A stretch of DNA of 64,000 nt from Iphione sp. A-MEVVRFRX5 (GCA_976226885.1 OZ320313.1:155806001-155870000); one strand, 5' to 3'. Numbered from the stretch's first letter, positions 11,007-23,561 are shown. The notes: generated by a model from the sequence alone, not told the origin. A program made the numbers and translations.

Positions 11007-13046
11007 GAGTCAAGCCTCGTCTTCTGGACTACCACCGGAATGCGATATTTTGTACAGATAGCGATTAATACGGAGTATGAAATGGTGACTATGCATCTCC
11101 TGGTGGGGAAAACTGTCATAATAGTAAAGTATGGGAACATAATCAATACTGAATCAGATTATTGGTTCTTGATCTATATTGATTTTAAAGGCTTCCCATG
11201 CATCTCCTGGTGGAGAAAACTGTCATAACAGTAAAGTATGGACCAAATATTACCATTTCAAGGATTTTTATGAAATTCTGAAAAATCATGAGAAACTCAC
11301 TTTCAGTTAGGAATAAGGGTATTTATTATAGAAAACATAAGTAAAACTAATGCACAATGGATAAAAAGCAATACAATTCAAAATGGAGAGAAAAAAATAT
11401 TTAAAAGAAAAATCACTTGGGTTTGAAAAAGTCACTGATGAATGTTTGCTTGGCACCTCTCTGAGCTTTATAGGTTCTTTCCAAGAGGCCTCTGAGGAAC
11501 TGGACTCCAGGAAGGTCTTGCTGCTCTTCACAGACCCTCACCAAGAGATCCACAGATCTGGTGACTTCCTTGAGAGTGACTGGTGGTAGGGCCACGTCCT
11601 TAGAGTCTTCCTCTGTCACCTCACCCTCTGTCACCTCAGAGTCAGTCAGCAGACTGAGAGTGGCTCCGTCTGTCATTTCACCTGCTGTCTCAGCCTGATC
11701 ATCAACTTTGTTGTACTCTTCAGCTGAGAGCACTGGATTTCCATTGTCAGTGGGCAGTTCGTGGAGAAGGGCCTGTAGGTCTGACAATGGCATCTCATCC
11801 TCATCTGAGAAGTCATCATCAGATGAGGTGATCCCAGGGAGGATCTGAACATGATCCCAGCATTTCTTGATGGTGGTCTGGGTGACAGACCCCCAGGCCT
11901 CATGCAACATGAGGATAGCCCTCCTGAGATCAGTGGCCATGGGCTCATCCCTGTCAAGACAGTCCAGATAGTGCCTGATTAGTCTTTTTCTGTATTGCGC
12001 TTTGAAGGAGGCAATGATCCCAGCATCCAGAGGTTGAATATGGGAAGTGGTGTTTGGGGGAAGGAATTTTATTGTCAAATGGGAGAATGTCTCTGTGGTC
12101 TTATGGGAGCCAGCATTGTCGCAGAGCAACAAATACCTGTGGCCCTGAGCCTTCGCCCGTTGATTCAGCATCTTGAGGTAATCGACCCAAACCAACGAGG
12201 TCATCCACACCTTTTTGTTATTCCTGTAGTGGCAGAACATGCCAGGGTCAAAACCTCTGATGAAGCAGCGTGGTTTGGCTGATTTCCCTATCACCATAGG
12301 CCTGAGCTTGTCTGTGCCTGTGGCATTGCATGCAAGGACCACAGTTATCCGGTCTTTGTTCTTTTTCTCTCCCTTGACAGGAGCAGTCGCAAGGGTTGAG
12401 TTTGGCTTTAGCCTATAGAATAGGCCTGTTTCGTCCACATTATACACATCCTCTCAGTCGTAACCCTGAAGTGCCTCTTGGAGCGCAGCACGACCCTCCT
12501 CAACTTAGTCGATATTGACAGAGGCGGCCTCCCCATGTTGGCGATAGCATTTGATCCCATTCCTGGTCTTGAATCGACAGAGCCAACCTGTACTGTAGTT
12601 GAAGTCAGTGACCCCGAGTTGACCCCCGAGGATAGTAGCCCTGTCAATGATAATCTCATCACTGAGGAGGCCACTTTGGATCGGACATCAGCAAACCAGA
12701 TCATCAATGCCTGTTCGAGCTTGGACTAGGCTGGTGACCTCATGCGACAGAGGTTACCTTTGTCGGTGGACAACCCTATCCAATGATGTGGTTTCTTCAG
12801 CATGTCAGACATTGTTGACCTGGGTATGGCAAAGCCCCATTTCGTAGAGAACTTTGTGCAGAGATCAGTCTGAGAGACTGCTGGATTGTTGGCCTTGAAT
12901 AAGCACAGTTCTTTCTTCTGTGCGTGGATGTATATGGAGTGCGAGTCTCAGGTTAACTAGTACAAATCATACAGAAAAAGGTTTGGTAATTCGAAATCGT
13001 TACGGTTAATGCGACATTACGAATACCGGAAGACAAGGCTCCTCTG
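11007..13046 (-). mobile_element. pogo/Tigger-like (Tc1/mariner superfamily) DNA transposon, about 2.04 kb
   Basis: Imperfect TIRs GAGTCAAGCCTCGTCTTCTGG and (reverse complement) CAGAGGAGCCTTGTCTTCCGG, each flanked by TA (11005-6, 13047-8), enclosing a transposase. Confidence 0.8.
11413..12945 (-). pseudogene. Disrupted Tigger/pogo transposase (CENP-B-type HTH, Tc5 HTH, DDE_1; DD30D)
   Basis: N-terminal part reads QKKELC...LEQALMIWF...GWLCRFKTRNGI, with stops at 12726-8, 12505-7 and 12454-6 and one frameshift near 12665. The DDE part (YNVDETG, CDNAGSH, QPLDAG) is open at 11413-12447. Confidence 0.88.
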
Positions 13047-14858
13047 TACAGACACCTATATTACGTTTCCATGCTAGTATCCTATCTTTAGTGCAATATG
13101 GAAACATTAAATCAATTCAGATCTCCTACACTTTCTCGAAAGTCAGTTTTGAATTGTTGTTCTCATTTTATTATTTGTTCTTCAGTAGCAGTTGTTTCAT
13201 TTTTTCTAAAAATGTTACCCTTAATAGGTTTCTTTACACACACTCGACACCATATAAAGCACTCGGTCATCACAGGCTTGTTTTTCTAGTGAAAAATGCA
13301 CCCGTGTTTTAATCTTCCTCCTCTTCTGCTGTCCATCCTATCTTTTCCTTCGCATCACTCTAATTCTTGTAACTGGTAACTCGACGAGTGAAACATTCAC
13401 AGGCATTATAGGCGAGGTCAAATGAACCAACCGTAGCTAACATACATGGGTAGAATATAGTGTGCTTCCAGCCTCACGCAAGTTTTTTTTCTGAGGAAGA
13501 GATAGGCATACAGTTGACCTATATTTGAGTAGGAAAGGTACGTATATAATCACAGTAAGTCGACACACCTGGGATGAACACACCAACAGAGTTTCAATTC
13601 TTTTTACTGCTGTTGATTATGTTGAGTTCGTATATTTCCCACTTGACTACCTTTCAAGCTAACTGGTATATAACACTCCTTTACTTACAAATTTTTCGAT
13701 AGTCTCAATATGTATGTGCATATACATGTGTGTATAGTAATCGGGTTGTAACAGTGATCTCTTTGGCTACACTCAATGTTTTGTCCAATCTAAGTGACAG
13801 GAAGGCGTTGTAGTGAAAATGAAAGACTATGTTGATATAATATATGATATAATATTTGGATATATATTCATAAGGAATATTTTTACCATTCTTTTGGTCG
13901 ATTAAAATCATATTACTCCTGAAAGTTTTACTTTACATCCGGCTCATACTTACTCAATGTTTTTTTTATTTTGGGAGACTAGGTAAACATGTTAATAGTA
14001 TGATTCTTCTCTCTCTGCAATGCAGAGCTTACAATCAACTTATTCAGCTTACAATATGAATTCCATTTGTCTACCCTTGAACTTGCAGAACCTTTCTTGG
14101 GGTTAACCATAACAGAACCGGGTTTCCGTAGAATTCATCGAGTAGCACTGACCAGAAAAACATCGCTTTTAGCTGAGGGTAACTGAGGTGGGCTTTCTGT
14201 GCGACTCACCTACTTATAGTATGTTGTGTGCTGGCACGCACCTTTATTCACAGAACAATGCTTCCAGCCTCACGCAGCATTGCTAGGTCCTGGATGTCCT
14301 CGACAAAGGTTAGGAGGGCAAACGCGTGGAAAATATTCGAAAGACCTTAAGAATTGTCCTAACTGTATTAATTAAACCTTTTTTTGCGTTTAGATGAGGC
14401 TCAAACGTTAGCGTACCTTGTCTGTCTCAAGCAATTGTTTTATTTTCACCTATATTCAAAGTTGCTACAAATTCTAGTATTCATGCATCTTTTTCATTTT
14501 AATATATATACATTGCAATGAATATTACAGTAAAAAGCTTACTTTAGTCTGCATTTGCACTTTAGTAGTATGTATGCATTATGTAAATGTATTATTAATA
14601 GGTATTTTTAGAGAAATATTGTTGGAATCAACCGGGGAGAAATAAATGTTTGAGAGTTCACATATGAAATTCTATTGAAACATTTAAAACCCTAGATTTC
14701 AAATCCATCGCCTTCCATTTTCTCACCGCTGTGTCACACACGAGTCAAAAATCATCACCAACATCCTCACTAGTATGTATATCAAGAAAGTATTTATGCA
14801 ACAGGACAGAACAGAGACAATCTTAGGTACGGAGAGGTAGAGAGTTAAGAAGAGGGGG

Positions 14859-14861
<3 letters not shown>

Positions 14862-14890
<29 letters not shown>
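14862..14890. repeat. (GA)n microsatellite
   Basis: Directly visible. Confidence 0.95.
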
Positions 14891-14893
<3 letters not shown>

Positions 14894-17348
14894 TAGTAGT
14901 AGAAGGAACACGGAGTAACGAAAAGGGGGAGTATGAGGTAGGTTAGGATAAGGAAGAGTAGAAAATGGTGGGCTGGGAGCAGGGTAGAAAAAGAGGGAGT
15001 AGAAGGAGGGTCTGCGAAATTGTATAAAGTGAAACGCCGGATGTCACATTGTGATGTTGTGATGGCATGATGCAACAATGGTGCGATGTAGTAATGGTGG
15101 CATGTAGTAATGATCATGGCACAATGTGGTGAACGTCCGACTGGGCTATGACTTGATTGTGTTCTTGTGTAAAGCAAATGGAAACTGTATACACATAATC
15201 GAAGCTGCATTTTGAACTCAGCTAAACCTCTTGCTCCTGAGACAATGCCTTTGAGATGTCAGCCCTTGAGCCGGAGTAACTTAGGGCATTGACTATCTTT
15301 ATATTAAAAACATGAGCATAGATGGCAAGTTTTTATAACCATTTAGCCCAGGGGTGACCTAAATGGTACATTTTTAAGTACTCATGCCTCATGCTATTCC
15401 CTACTAGGTGTTTATTCCTAGGACTAAGTAAATCCCACCAGCACAGTGAAACACATCAGTGTTGTCTAAGGTCATACCATCACCTCTACGGTTATTTGAT
15501 CAATATCAAGAAAGTTATGGCTGTTTGAAATATCACTGTGAATTCCTGATTAAATGACCACTCATATCTTACTGTGAATTACAAGTCATAATAAAATAAG
15601 GCAAACCAACAAAATAGGTGTGTCTATAGTTAACCTAGTAAAACCTCACCCTATGTAAATATTTGTTACCTCACAAGTTCCCAAGGCGGAATTTCATTAG
15701 ATACATGTTTTCACAGCACATGTTCTTGGGAAAATTCAGTGGAGAAACAACAAAATCCATGCCAATTCAGCAAAACTGGCAAAACCCATACAAATTAGTC
15801 AAAAAATGGAAAAATGGTGAATTTCATCTAAAACTAGACCAGAAAAAAAGCAAAATTCAGACTAATCCCTTTACCTGCCCTACCTGAACTGCCACAGCCC
15901 ACATCTTGCTCTTAACGAGCTTAATGCTCTTTTTAAACCTAAGGTGTTCATCAGGTCAGGTCAAGATCTATGACACTGGCTCTTTTAACTGTCATGTAAA
16001 CACATTTCTTTTCACTAAGCTGCAGTCCCTAGACCCAGTGTGCAGACACTAAGGAGCTCTACAGTAAACGGCTACATTATGAGAAACAAACAGACACTGA
16101 AAGATTGGTGAGGTGATAAGTTGGCATAACACACATGGAAAGGTTGCTGGCTAATTTATCAATTTGGAACATTACTATACTATGCACATGACATGATATA
16201 GTTACATGGAAAGGACCCTAAAACCCTCCAGAGGTTTTAGATAAAATCTTCTCCAAACTTGGCTCTAGATAATCCTGGGACTAGCATTTCACCAAGACCT
16301 AAAAACTGGAAGAGAAAATACTTTTTTTAAAGAATTCGTTAAGCGATCTAACTTGCCTTGTTTTTTGTGGACACCTGCATACAACAGTCATTAGTGCCTC
16401 CCAAATTCGATGTACAATGTGAAGAGTCTTGACCGTTACGTGTACACCTGATTTTAAAAATTTGATTCCTTACTATCTTTAAAACAAATTGTGTAACAAT
16501 AATGATACAATCTACGCACATTATATTGTTTGCTGGCACCAGTTACAGAACTCCCTAGACTTCAGTGTTCATTTATTTCAGATTTTCTGGTTGAGGATAA
16601 AAATAATTTAGAATAAAGTAAATTGTTTATGAAAAACTGTATTTGATTGACAAAAAAACAAAGACTTTGACAAAAACCATTAGTAAGTGGAAAGACCTCA
16701 CATTCTATCTATTGAACAAATACCACTTGTTTGGCACAACTTCAGGTCACAGTCGCGAGTGAAAGAAATAGGAATGCGAAATTGTCTTTACGTGTCGTAA
16801 TTGCAGGATTGTATTTCCTAACATTACGAAGTAAATCATTTTTAATGGTTTAGCTGTGGCACCAGCTGGTCACAGTAGTTGATAAAGTCATGCACTATAG
16901 AATAACATGATTATATCCTTGATGGCTTGTGAAAAGTAAATATTTTTTAGATCTCTCTGAATATTATTCTAAAGAGAGGGAATCGTCGTGGTATTTTATC
17001 CGCCAAAAGTGCATTTATTAGAAATATGGTATTTATTGAGAAGTCATTCTGATTCAACTAGAAGAAAAGGAATTATGTATCGGAATCCAAACTTTAAAAA
17101 CAATTAAAAATATTCTGGCTCGTCGTTTTGGGGACGTTTTCATAATCATACATGTAGAATGGTATATTTCCCACCAAAAAGATTGATTTTTAACGTTTCA
17201 ACAAGTTATACTAGTACATTATTTATATAAAACGTGACAAAATAATAATTACATTTACCTTTCGGAAACGGCATGCTCATAGCGTACGTGTTTTCTGGAA
17301 GGAGTCCTTTATTTTAGACATAAAAGTCATTACATGGTGGCTATCTCT

Positions 17349-20300
17349 CAATTCAATTCAATTCAATTCTTTATTGACCAATCTTTGTCGGTGTACAAAG
17401 GTTTCCTTGGGCAATGGAACATTATGTGCATCCGCCTTGTCTGTATACGCTGGAATAGTGTTCTCTCATTGAATAGTGTATAATCGAGATACATTGTATT
17501 AAATAAACACTTATGTACAGAAGTTGAAGTGTACAGTCTCATTACATGAAGAACATCTTTCCATTATACTGAGCACGTGTAGTAATGTTTTGACTCATTG
17601 TGCTTAAGCTCGTCGTATTCACCACCCGTGATACAGTTGCACATGTCGTATCAGCTTTCCTGGGTTGTAGCAATATATCTTCCCAGTATGCCTATCCCAA
17701 TACCCATCTTATAAGTAGCTTTTATCCGTGATTTTGTTAATTGCAAACTACTGTCTCATTATGTCGTGCTTCCCTTCCCTGCGGCCCTCCCCTGGGTTAA
17801 TACCATGGGCAGTTTCATCCCCATGCCCCAGTTGAGTAAGTATGTAACGTGTCTCTTCCCCCACCAATCCTCTATAGTATAGATAAAAATTTTCCAATTC
17901 TCCCATTTCTTTCTATTAGAGTCCCAAGGGGAATATTAGCGTGTTTGGTGTCGAGGGTAGGATGGGGCATATGTCGACTACCGTTAGCTCCTTCTAGTGA
18001 TTAGTAACTTGCAGTTAACGGTAAGCAAACATGCAACATTCACATGCTACACAATCCCATCTGTGAAAATCTTATATGGCTGTTGTATATATTCCGGCAC
18101 ACTTGGATGAGCTTCTTCTTGTGTGGTGTTGCCGCCACGTTAAGTCTTCAATAGTGCCAGTTGTTCCCAGTCCTCGTGCTCTCATCCTTCAACCTCATAG
18201 CCTTAGTACTGCCATCTCTTTCTGCCTGTTTGGCAGCTCATTCCACGTTATTGCCGCTGCGTATCTCAGACTTCTTCTGAAGACTTTGCTCCTCGGTCTA
18301 TCGACCTTGATGCGCTGTGCGTGACCGCCTCTGGTTCTTGAGCGCTTACCCATTTTCCATAGACCGAGCTTTACTTGACGGTGAACCGCTGCCAGGGCTC
18401 TTTTTTGTACCAATTCCTCCACTCGGACAATCCCCGCTCTGTCACAGATTGTTTTGACCGTCATGTTTGCCTTTGTCTGCAGGCAAAGTCGTACACAACG
18501 ATTTAAGTGTACCTGCAGATTCAGTGTCACCGACTTGACACTTCCGTATATTAGAATTGCTCCGTACTGCAGATGCGGTAAGACCAGCGCCTTAAATAGC
18601 TTCGTGCAGATTTTCCAGGGGACCTGCCTCTTGATCCTTGCGATTTTTAGCGAGGCACTCCACATTTTCTTCTTCACCCCCTTGAGGGCTTCCCGCATGT
18701 TCAGGCGGGCATCAAGATGGTACCCTAGCAGCTGGAGGTGCGATACCATGGAAAGTTCCTGCCCGTTTACCTTGATGTCAAGAGGTGTATTTGTTGCTTT
18801 GCCAAGCGGCATATAGCAACATTTGTTCTCTGACAGGAGCAAGCCGGTGCTGGCGCACCAGTCGGCCACCAGTGTGACTGTGCGTTGACAGGCACTCTGC
18901 AGGCGCAGCAGGTCTCTGGCTTTCACTACAATCGATAGGTCGTCTGCATAAAGTGCTGCGTGACAGTAATCTGGTAGATGATTCACCAAATCGTCCATCA
19001 CTAAACAGAACGCTGTCGGCCCGAATACGGATCCCTGTGGGACCCCGTGTTCGATGGCTCTGATCTTCGATTTCTCATCCAAACAGAAGACAAATTGTCT
19101 TCTGTTGTGGAAATAGTTCTTCACGAGTCTGCACACTCTGGTGCATGCTCCTGCTAGTTGCAGTCTTTTGATGACCCCCGAGGAAGGCACCAAGTCGAAT
19201 GCCTTCCTCATGTCGAACGCCAACAAGCAGCAGTACAGTCCTGCGTTCGTTGATTCATAGATATCACCAAGCAGTGACACTATGGCAGTCTCCGTACTGC
19301 GCCCTCGCCTGAACCCATGTTGCTGCTCGCTGATGAATTTCCGCTCTTCCAGATGTTGAGTCACCTCTCCCACGAACCAGCGCTCGAAGATTTTGCCTGG
19401 AAGAGGCAAAATCGACACGGGTCTATAATTACCCGGGGCATTGGCGTCTCCTTTCTTGTGGAGAGGCGTCACCCTCGCGAGTTTCCAAGCGTCCGGGTAC
19501 CTTCCTGTTTCCATGATTTTCTCGAAGATCCAGTGTAGGAAGTCCAGGTTTTCCAATAGTAGCGGTTTAAGAATCCTTGATGGGACCCCATCCACTCCTG
19601 ACGCCTTTGATGTGTTTAACCTCGCCACTATAGGTCTCAATCCAGCTGGTCCCGGTAGCTTTACATCAAAGTAGTCGCCGCGATGGGTTGGTATGATGGG
19701 TTGTGTGTCAGCCGTACTCTTGTCTGCTAGGTCCGCTACCGTGTCTATGAAGTAGTCATTGAGTTGGTCTGCTACTTTCTCGCCATTTGCAGTCGCTTCC
19801 GGTAATACCATTTGACCACGTCTCCTTCCGAGTGCCTCGTTCATGACGCTCCACAGTTTCGAAGTGTCCTTCCCTGCTTCCTGTATTTTGAGCTCCCAGT
19901 GCCGTTTTCTGTCTGGGGAAATGGCTCGGCTTACTGCCTTGTTTAGAAATTTGAAGATTCTGAGTGCATCAATGCACTTCTCCTTCTTCCATTTTCTTAG
20001 ATAGTAGGCCTTGTCTGCGATGAGTTCCAGCGTTTCGTCGCTGGGCCGGAAACCGTCAGAGTCGCATCTCCGCCTCACCATCTTGGTTGGACACATCTTC
20101 TCCAGTGCTTCTCTTGTTCGAGCTTCAAATTTAGCCCAGGCGGTCGATGCGTCCTCATCCCAGTGTATCCCATCTCGATGTAAATCTTCATTCAACGCCT
20201 CAATGTCCACTCTCTTCCATTGCCTTATCTCTTTCTCAACGATCTTCTTTTTAGGACTGCCTTTCTTCATACCGATCTTTACTGGGAGGTGGTCGCTAAG

Positions 20301-20412
20301 CGTCCACTCCAGGATATTGGATTCTACATTCCCTCGGTAGTTAATCCATACCTGGTCCAGGCAGTGATCTGAAGCCACCATAGTGCTCTCCTGCACTACT
20401 TGGCTATATCCA
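17349..20412 (-). mobile_element. 5'-truncated non-LTR retrotransposon (CR1/L2 group), copy B
   Basis: ORF2 18195-20396, about 820 nt of 3' UTR, AATAAA at 17370-17375, a (GAATT)4 tail at 17349-17369 and hairpin CTTTGT-N6-ACAAAG at 17383-17400. Confidence 0.9.
18195..20396 (-). CDS. LINE ORF2 fragment: C-terminal end of APE endonuclease (LSDHLPV) plus reverse transcriptase (733 aa)
   Basis: Motifs SDH, NYRPVSILP, QHGFRRGRSTETA, DMRKAFDLV, GVPQGSVFGP, LYADD; uninterrupted frame. Confidence 0.95.
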   Translation of the reverse strand: MQESTMVASDHCLDQVWINYRGNVESNILEWTLSDHLPVKIGMKKGSPKKKIVEKEIRQWKRVDIEALNEDLHRDGIHWDEDASTAWAKFEARTREALEKMCPTKMVRRRCDSDGFRPSDETLELIADKAYYLRKWKKEKCIDALRIFKFLNKAVSRAISPDRKRHWELKIQEAGKDTSKLWSVMNEALGRRRGQMVLPEATANGEKVADQLNDYFIDTVADLADKSTADTQPIIPTHRGDYFDVKLPGPAGLRPIVARLNTSKASGVDGVPSRILKPLLLENLDFLHWIFEKIMETGRYPDAWKLARVTPLHKKGDANAPGNYRPVSILPLPGKIFERWFVGEVTQHLEERKFISEQQHGFRRGRSTETAIVSLLGDIYESTNAGLYCCLLAFDMRKAFDLVPSSGVIKRLQLAGACTRVCRLVKNYFHNRRQFVFCLDEKSKIRAIEHGVPQGSVFGPTAFCLVMDDLVNHLPDYCHAALYADDLSIVVKARDLLRLQSACQRTVTLVADWCASTGLLLSENKCCYMPLGKATNTPLDIKVNGQELSMVSHLQLLGYHLDARLNMREALKGVKKKMWSASLKIARIKRQVPWKICTKLFKALVLPHLQYGAILIYGSVKSVTLNLQVHLNRCVRLCLQTKANMTVKTICDRAGIVRVEELVQKRALAAVHRQVKLGLWKMGKRSRTRGGHAQRIKVDRPRSKVFRRSLRYAAAITWNELPNRQKEMAVLRL

Positions 20413-21082
20413 TATCTCTAATTCTATTTGTTCCTATTTGAATAGTTGTGTGATATATTATGCACAGTAATGTTCTACTGGCCTATGTAGCTGTGAATAC
20501 AAATCCTTCAGAAGTGTGTTACTTTTTAAACAAACTCTGTCTCATTTTCTGACCTTCTTCCTAGTATTTTATATACCACAATCTTCTCCGTCCTGTGTGT
20601 ATAGTTCCGTCCTTTGCAGACCACCAGGAGGTTTTTCCCTGCCTGCAATTCTAATTTGATTCGTCAGATTCATCCAGGTTCTCCGTATTCATAGGTTATA
20701 TGGCGCCCTGTGCTTTGTACACTGATCCATGAAGTCCTTAACTCTGTAGGTATACCTTTAGTGCATGCCTACCATGATTCATGCCATGAACTTACTCGAC
20801 GATATCCACAATGTTCGATTGTGTGAGCTACATCAAACAAATATGATGATGTTTGCTGTAATGCATGATTTTAAGTCAGATATAACAGCTCATAAGGGTC
20901 TGTCTACTGAAACCACTGAATTGTATTATCTCCGCTTCACTGCAGTAATTCTACCTAACTTATATTTAGTGTACAGTCCCCCATCCATGCTACATTTAGC
21001 ACTAATACTTACATGCATATGAATACAAGGGAAAAAGTGGCTAGTCTCTGCCCTATCAAGTACAACTGAGAAACACTGCATG

Positions 21083-21243
21083 CAGTAGAACCTCAGTACT
21101 GGGGACACCCAAGACAGGGATCACTTTAGGCTGGAACAGCCTTTAGGGGGCTGTGCACTCTGTCATCTAGGACTCAGGACAGGGCCCAAATGGGGAGGTT
21201 CTCATTCGGAACCAGCAGTGTCCCTAATTCTGAGGTGTTACTG
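21083..21243. mobile_element. Short Tc1/pogo-type MITE
   Basis: TIRs CAGTAGAACCTCAGTACTGGGGACAC and (rc) CAGTAACACCTCAGAATTAGGGACAC; flanks are CATG rather than TA. Confidence 0.6.
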
Positions 21244-22919
21244 CATGTAAGCTGACATCATTAAAATACCTCCATCATAACGACATACATGCAATCAGTA
21301 TAATGAATTATACTATTTATATCATCAGTTTTGGTGTTGGCCTTAATACAATGATATATCCGATATAATGAACATTTTTCGGTGATATTCACTGCAGTTA
21401 TAACCAGTCATCAATGTGTATACAGTCGGGATACGATTTCTGCTCACCAGATATTCATGTGAATGCAATATGCAAATGGATTTCATTACACGCAATTGAA
21501 TTTCACCTAAAATTTACTAGATATATTGGGCACAGCTGGGGTTTGCATGTACATGTACTCCTACAGCATTGATCTATTAGCTCTTTATAAGGTAGAGAGG
21601 AATCGGTCAAGGTACCAGGACTGACCGAAGTCATGGCACCATGATGGTTCATGTAAAACTGTACTATCTGGACGCTCATGGCACCATGACTCACTAGGTT
21701 CAGTTGTGGCACCAAGACAAGACGATTCTGACTCATTACATTATACATGTATTCCTCTCGAGGGTATAGGTTGCTTGTGGCACTAAGACGTACTATATGC
21801 ACTTGATACTTTGTATTCTTGGTAGTGCCACATGATTGGACAGAGATATTCTATTTGCCTTTAACTAGCTATGTGGTCTCATTAATCTTCTATGCTGCAT
21901 TTCTGTTGGTTAAACACGTTGGTCCCATGACCATTTCCTCTAGTATCAATATAGGCCTTATGTAGCCAATGAAACAGTCTGCATTTAGAGCTTGCATGGG
22001 ACTTGTCTTTATTACAGCCTACACTGGAAATTACAATAAACTGTCATGCAATTCATATTATGAGTTTTCTGTTTAAAAAAGGCCCTTGGATGCCCCCTCC
22101 GATGGCAAAACTGTATTATGGTCTAAAGCCACAAGCTGAATGACTTAAATGTCCAAACAAAAATATACGAAAAGTGACCAGTCAGATATTGAGTCCTAAC
22201 CGTACATATGTACCTTACATACCTAATAACTCTTCCATGTATCTCGATGAATGTAGGCAGTCGATAGCATGTAACATTAAAAGGATTTCCCTTCATACTG
22301 GGAGTAACAGAGCGTGAAGATACTTCGAATGACGAGTTTTGAGAAACTGATACATAAGCATGTCTATTTGATTTTTGATAAGTCTCTTTGCATTGGCTTT
22401 GGGCTGGCCTGACCAAAGTCATTGTGCTACATTCAGTGTAAGCTCGATTGTCGTGTATGCGTAGAGAAATAGCAGGCTCCGTGGTAAATTTGAACGAGAT
22501 ACCCAGTGTAGAACGAGATGTAACGTTGGTAATAAATGCCACCATAAACCGTTGTATAACGAGCAAGATTGGATTATTTGACAACTGATTATAAGTACGT
22601 ACTTTCCTAATTGTAATAGCAATTATTGTATAACCCATACTTTCATAATGATTCAAACTTGCAACAGGTGGTGTTAGCTCCGAATTAGGAATAGAACCAG
22701 GAATTGACGCACGACCTCATCTAGGTATATTAAGGGCCTGGTGAGTGAAGTATATCTACGTGGAATTTATCCTAATTCTGTGGCGCCTTATTCTAAATAC
22801 GAACTAAATATCTCGGTGTTAGATTGACGTCGTTGCCACCTGAAGCGCCCTGTGAGTAAACAAATTACTTAGTCGTTGAGTATTTTATGTTTTGTGTCAC
22901 AGTTAGCAATGGACTCTAA

Positions 22920-23561
22920 GGCCGGCGTTCCATGTACACGGAAAACGTGTCCGGAGCACGGAGACCATCCGGAAATTTTGCCTGTTTTCCCATGTCTCCG
23001 GAAGGATGCTTTCCATGCATACGGAAAATAGAGGGAGGGAGGCAGGGAGTCATGTATCAATGATATTGATATGTAAGTATACTGATGCAAATTGTGCATT
23101 TTTTTGTGGAGATTGAAGCATATTGGTGCAAGTTGTGTGGTTTTTTGTGGAGATTGAAGCATATTGGTGCAAATTGTGTGGTTTTTTGTGGAGATTGAAG
23201 CATATTGGTGCAAATTGTGCATTTTTTTGTGGAGATTGAAGCATATTGGTGCAAATTGTGCAGTTTTTATGTAAAATATATGCAAATTAAAAAATATTAT
23301 ACACCATCTAACATATGTTGCACATTGTCTTTTCTTCTTAAAATGCTTATTTCAGTTGACTATTGGTCTGTGTGGGTGTCCGTGGTCCGGAATCCAGAGA
23401 AATTTACGGCCCAAGTTCGTTTTTCACCTCCGGACACGGAGCACGGAGCACGGAGCACGTACACATGGGTGGTCATCTGTTAAAATCAATGAGTTCGTTT
23501 TTTTTCCACATTTCCGCGTACGTGCTCCGGATGCGTTTTCTGTATGCATGGAAAGCCGGTC
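22920..23561. mobile_element. PIF/Harbinger-like MITE carrying a 41-bp minisatellite
   Basis: About 42-bp TIRs GGCCGGCGTTCCATGTACACGGAAAACGTGTCCGGAGCACG and (rc) GACCGGCTTTCCATGCATACAGAAAACGCATCCGGAGCACG; TAA and TTA flanks. Confidence 0.75.
23079..23265. repeat. 41-bp minisatellite, about 4.5 units (ATATTGGTGCAAATTGTGTGGTTTTTTGTGGAGATTGAAGC)
   Basis: Units start at 23079, 23120, 23161, 23202 and 23243. Confidence 0.95.

Noticed and set aside
7776-20340. Plus-strand ORFs opposite the two LINE ORF2s and the transposase (for example 7776-8375, 18454-18816, 11995-12282)
   Set aside because: They are antisense shadows of real coding frames and show no independent motifs.
21630-21800. Repeated TCATGGCACCATGA palindromes with similarity to about 61940-62030
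   Set aside because: Probably fragments of a dispersed repeat; I could not define boundaries.
22869-23483. Several ORFs with repeated peptides (MLQSPQK..., FAPICFNLHKK)
   Set aside because: They are artefacts of the 41-bp minisatellite; 41 is not a multiple of 3, so the frame rotates with each unit.
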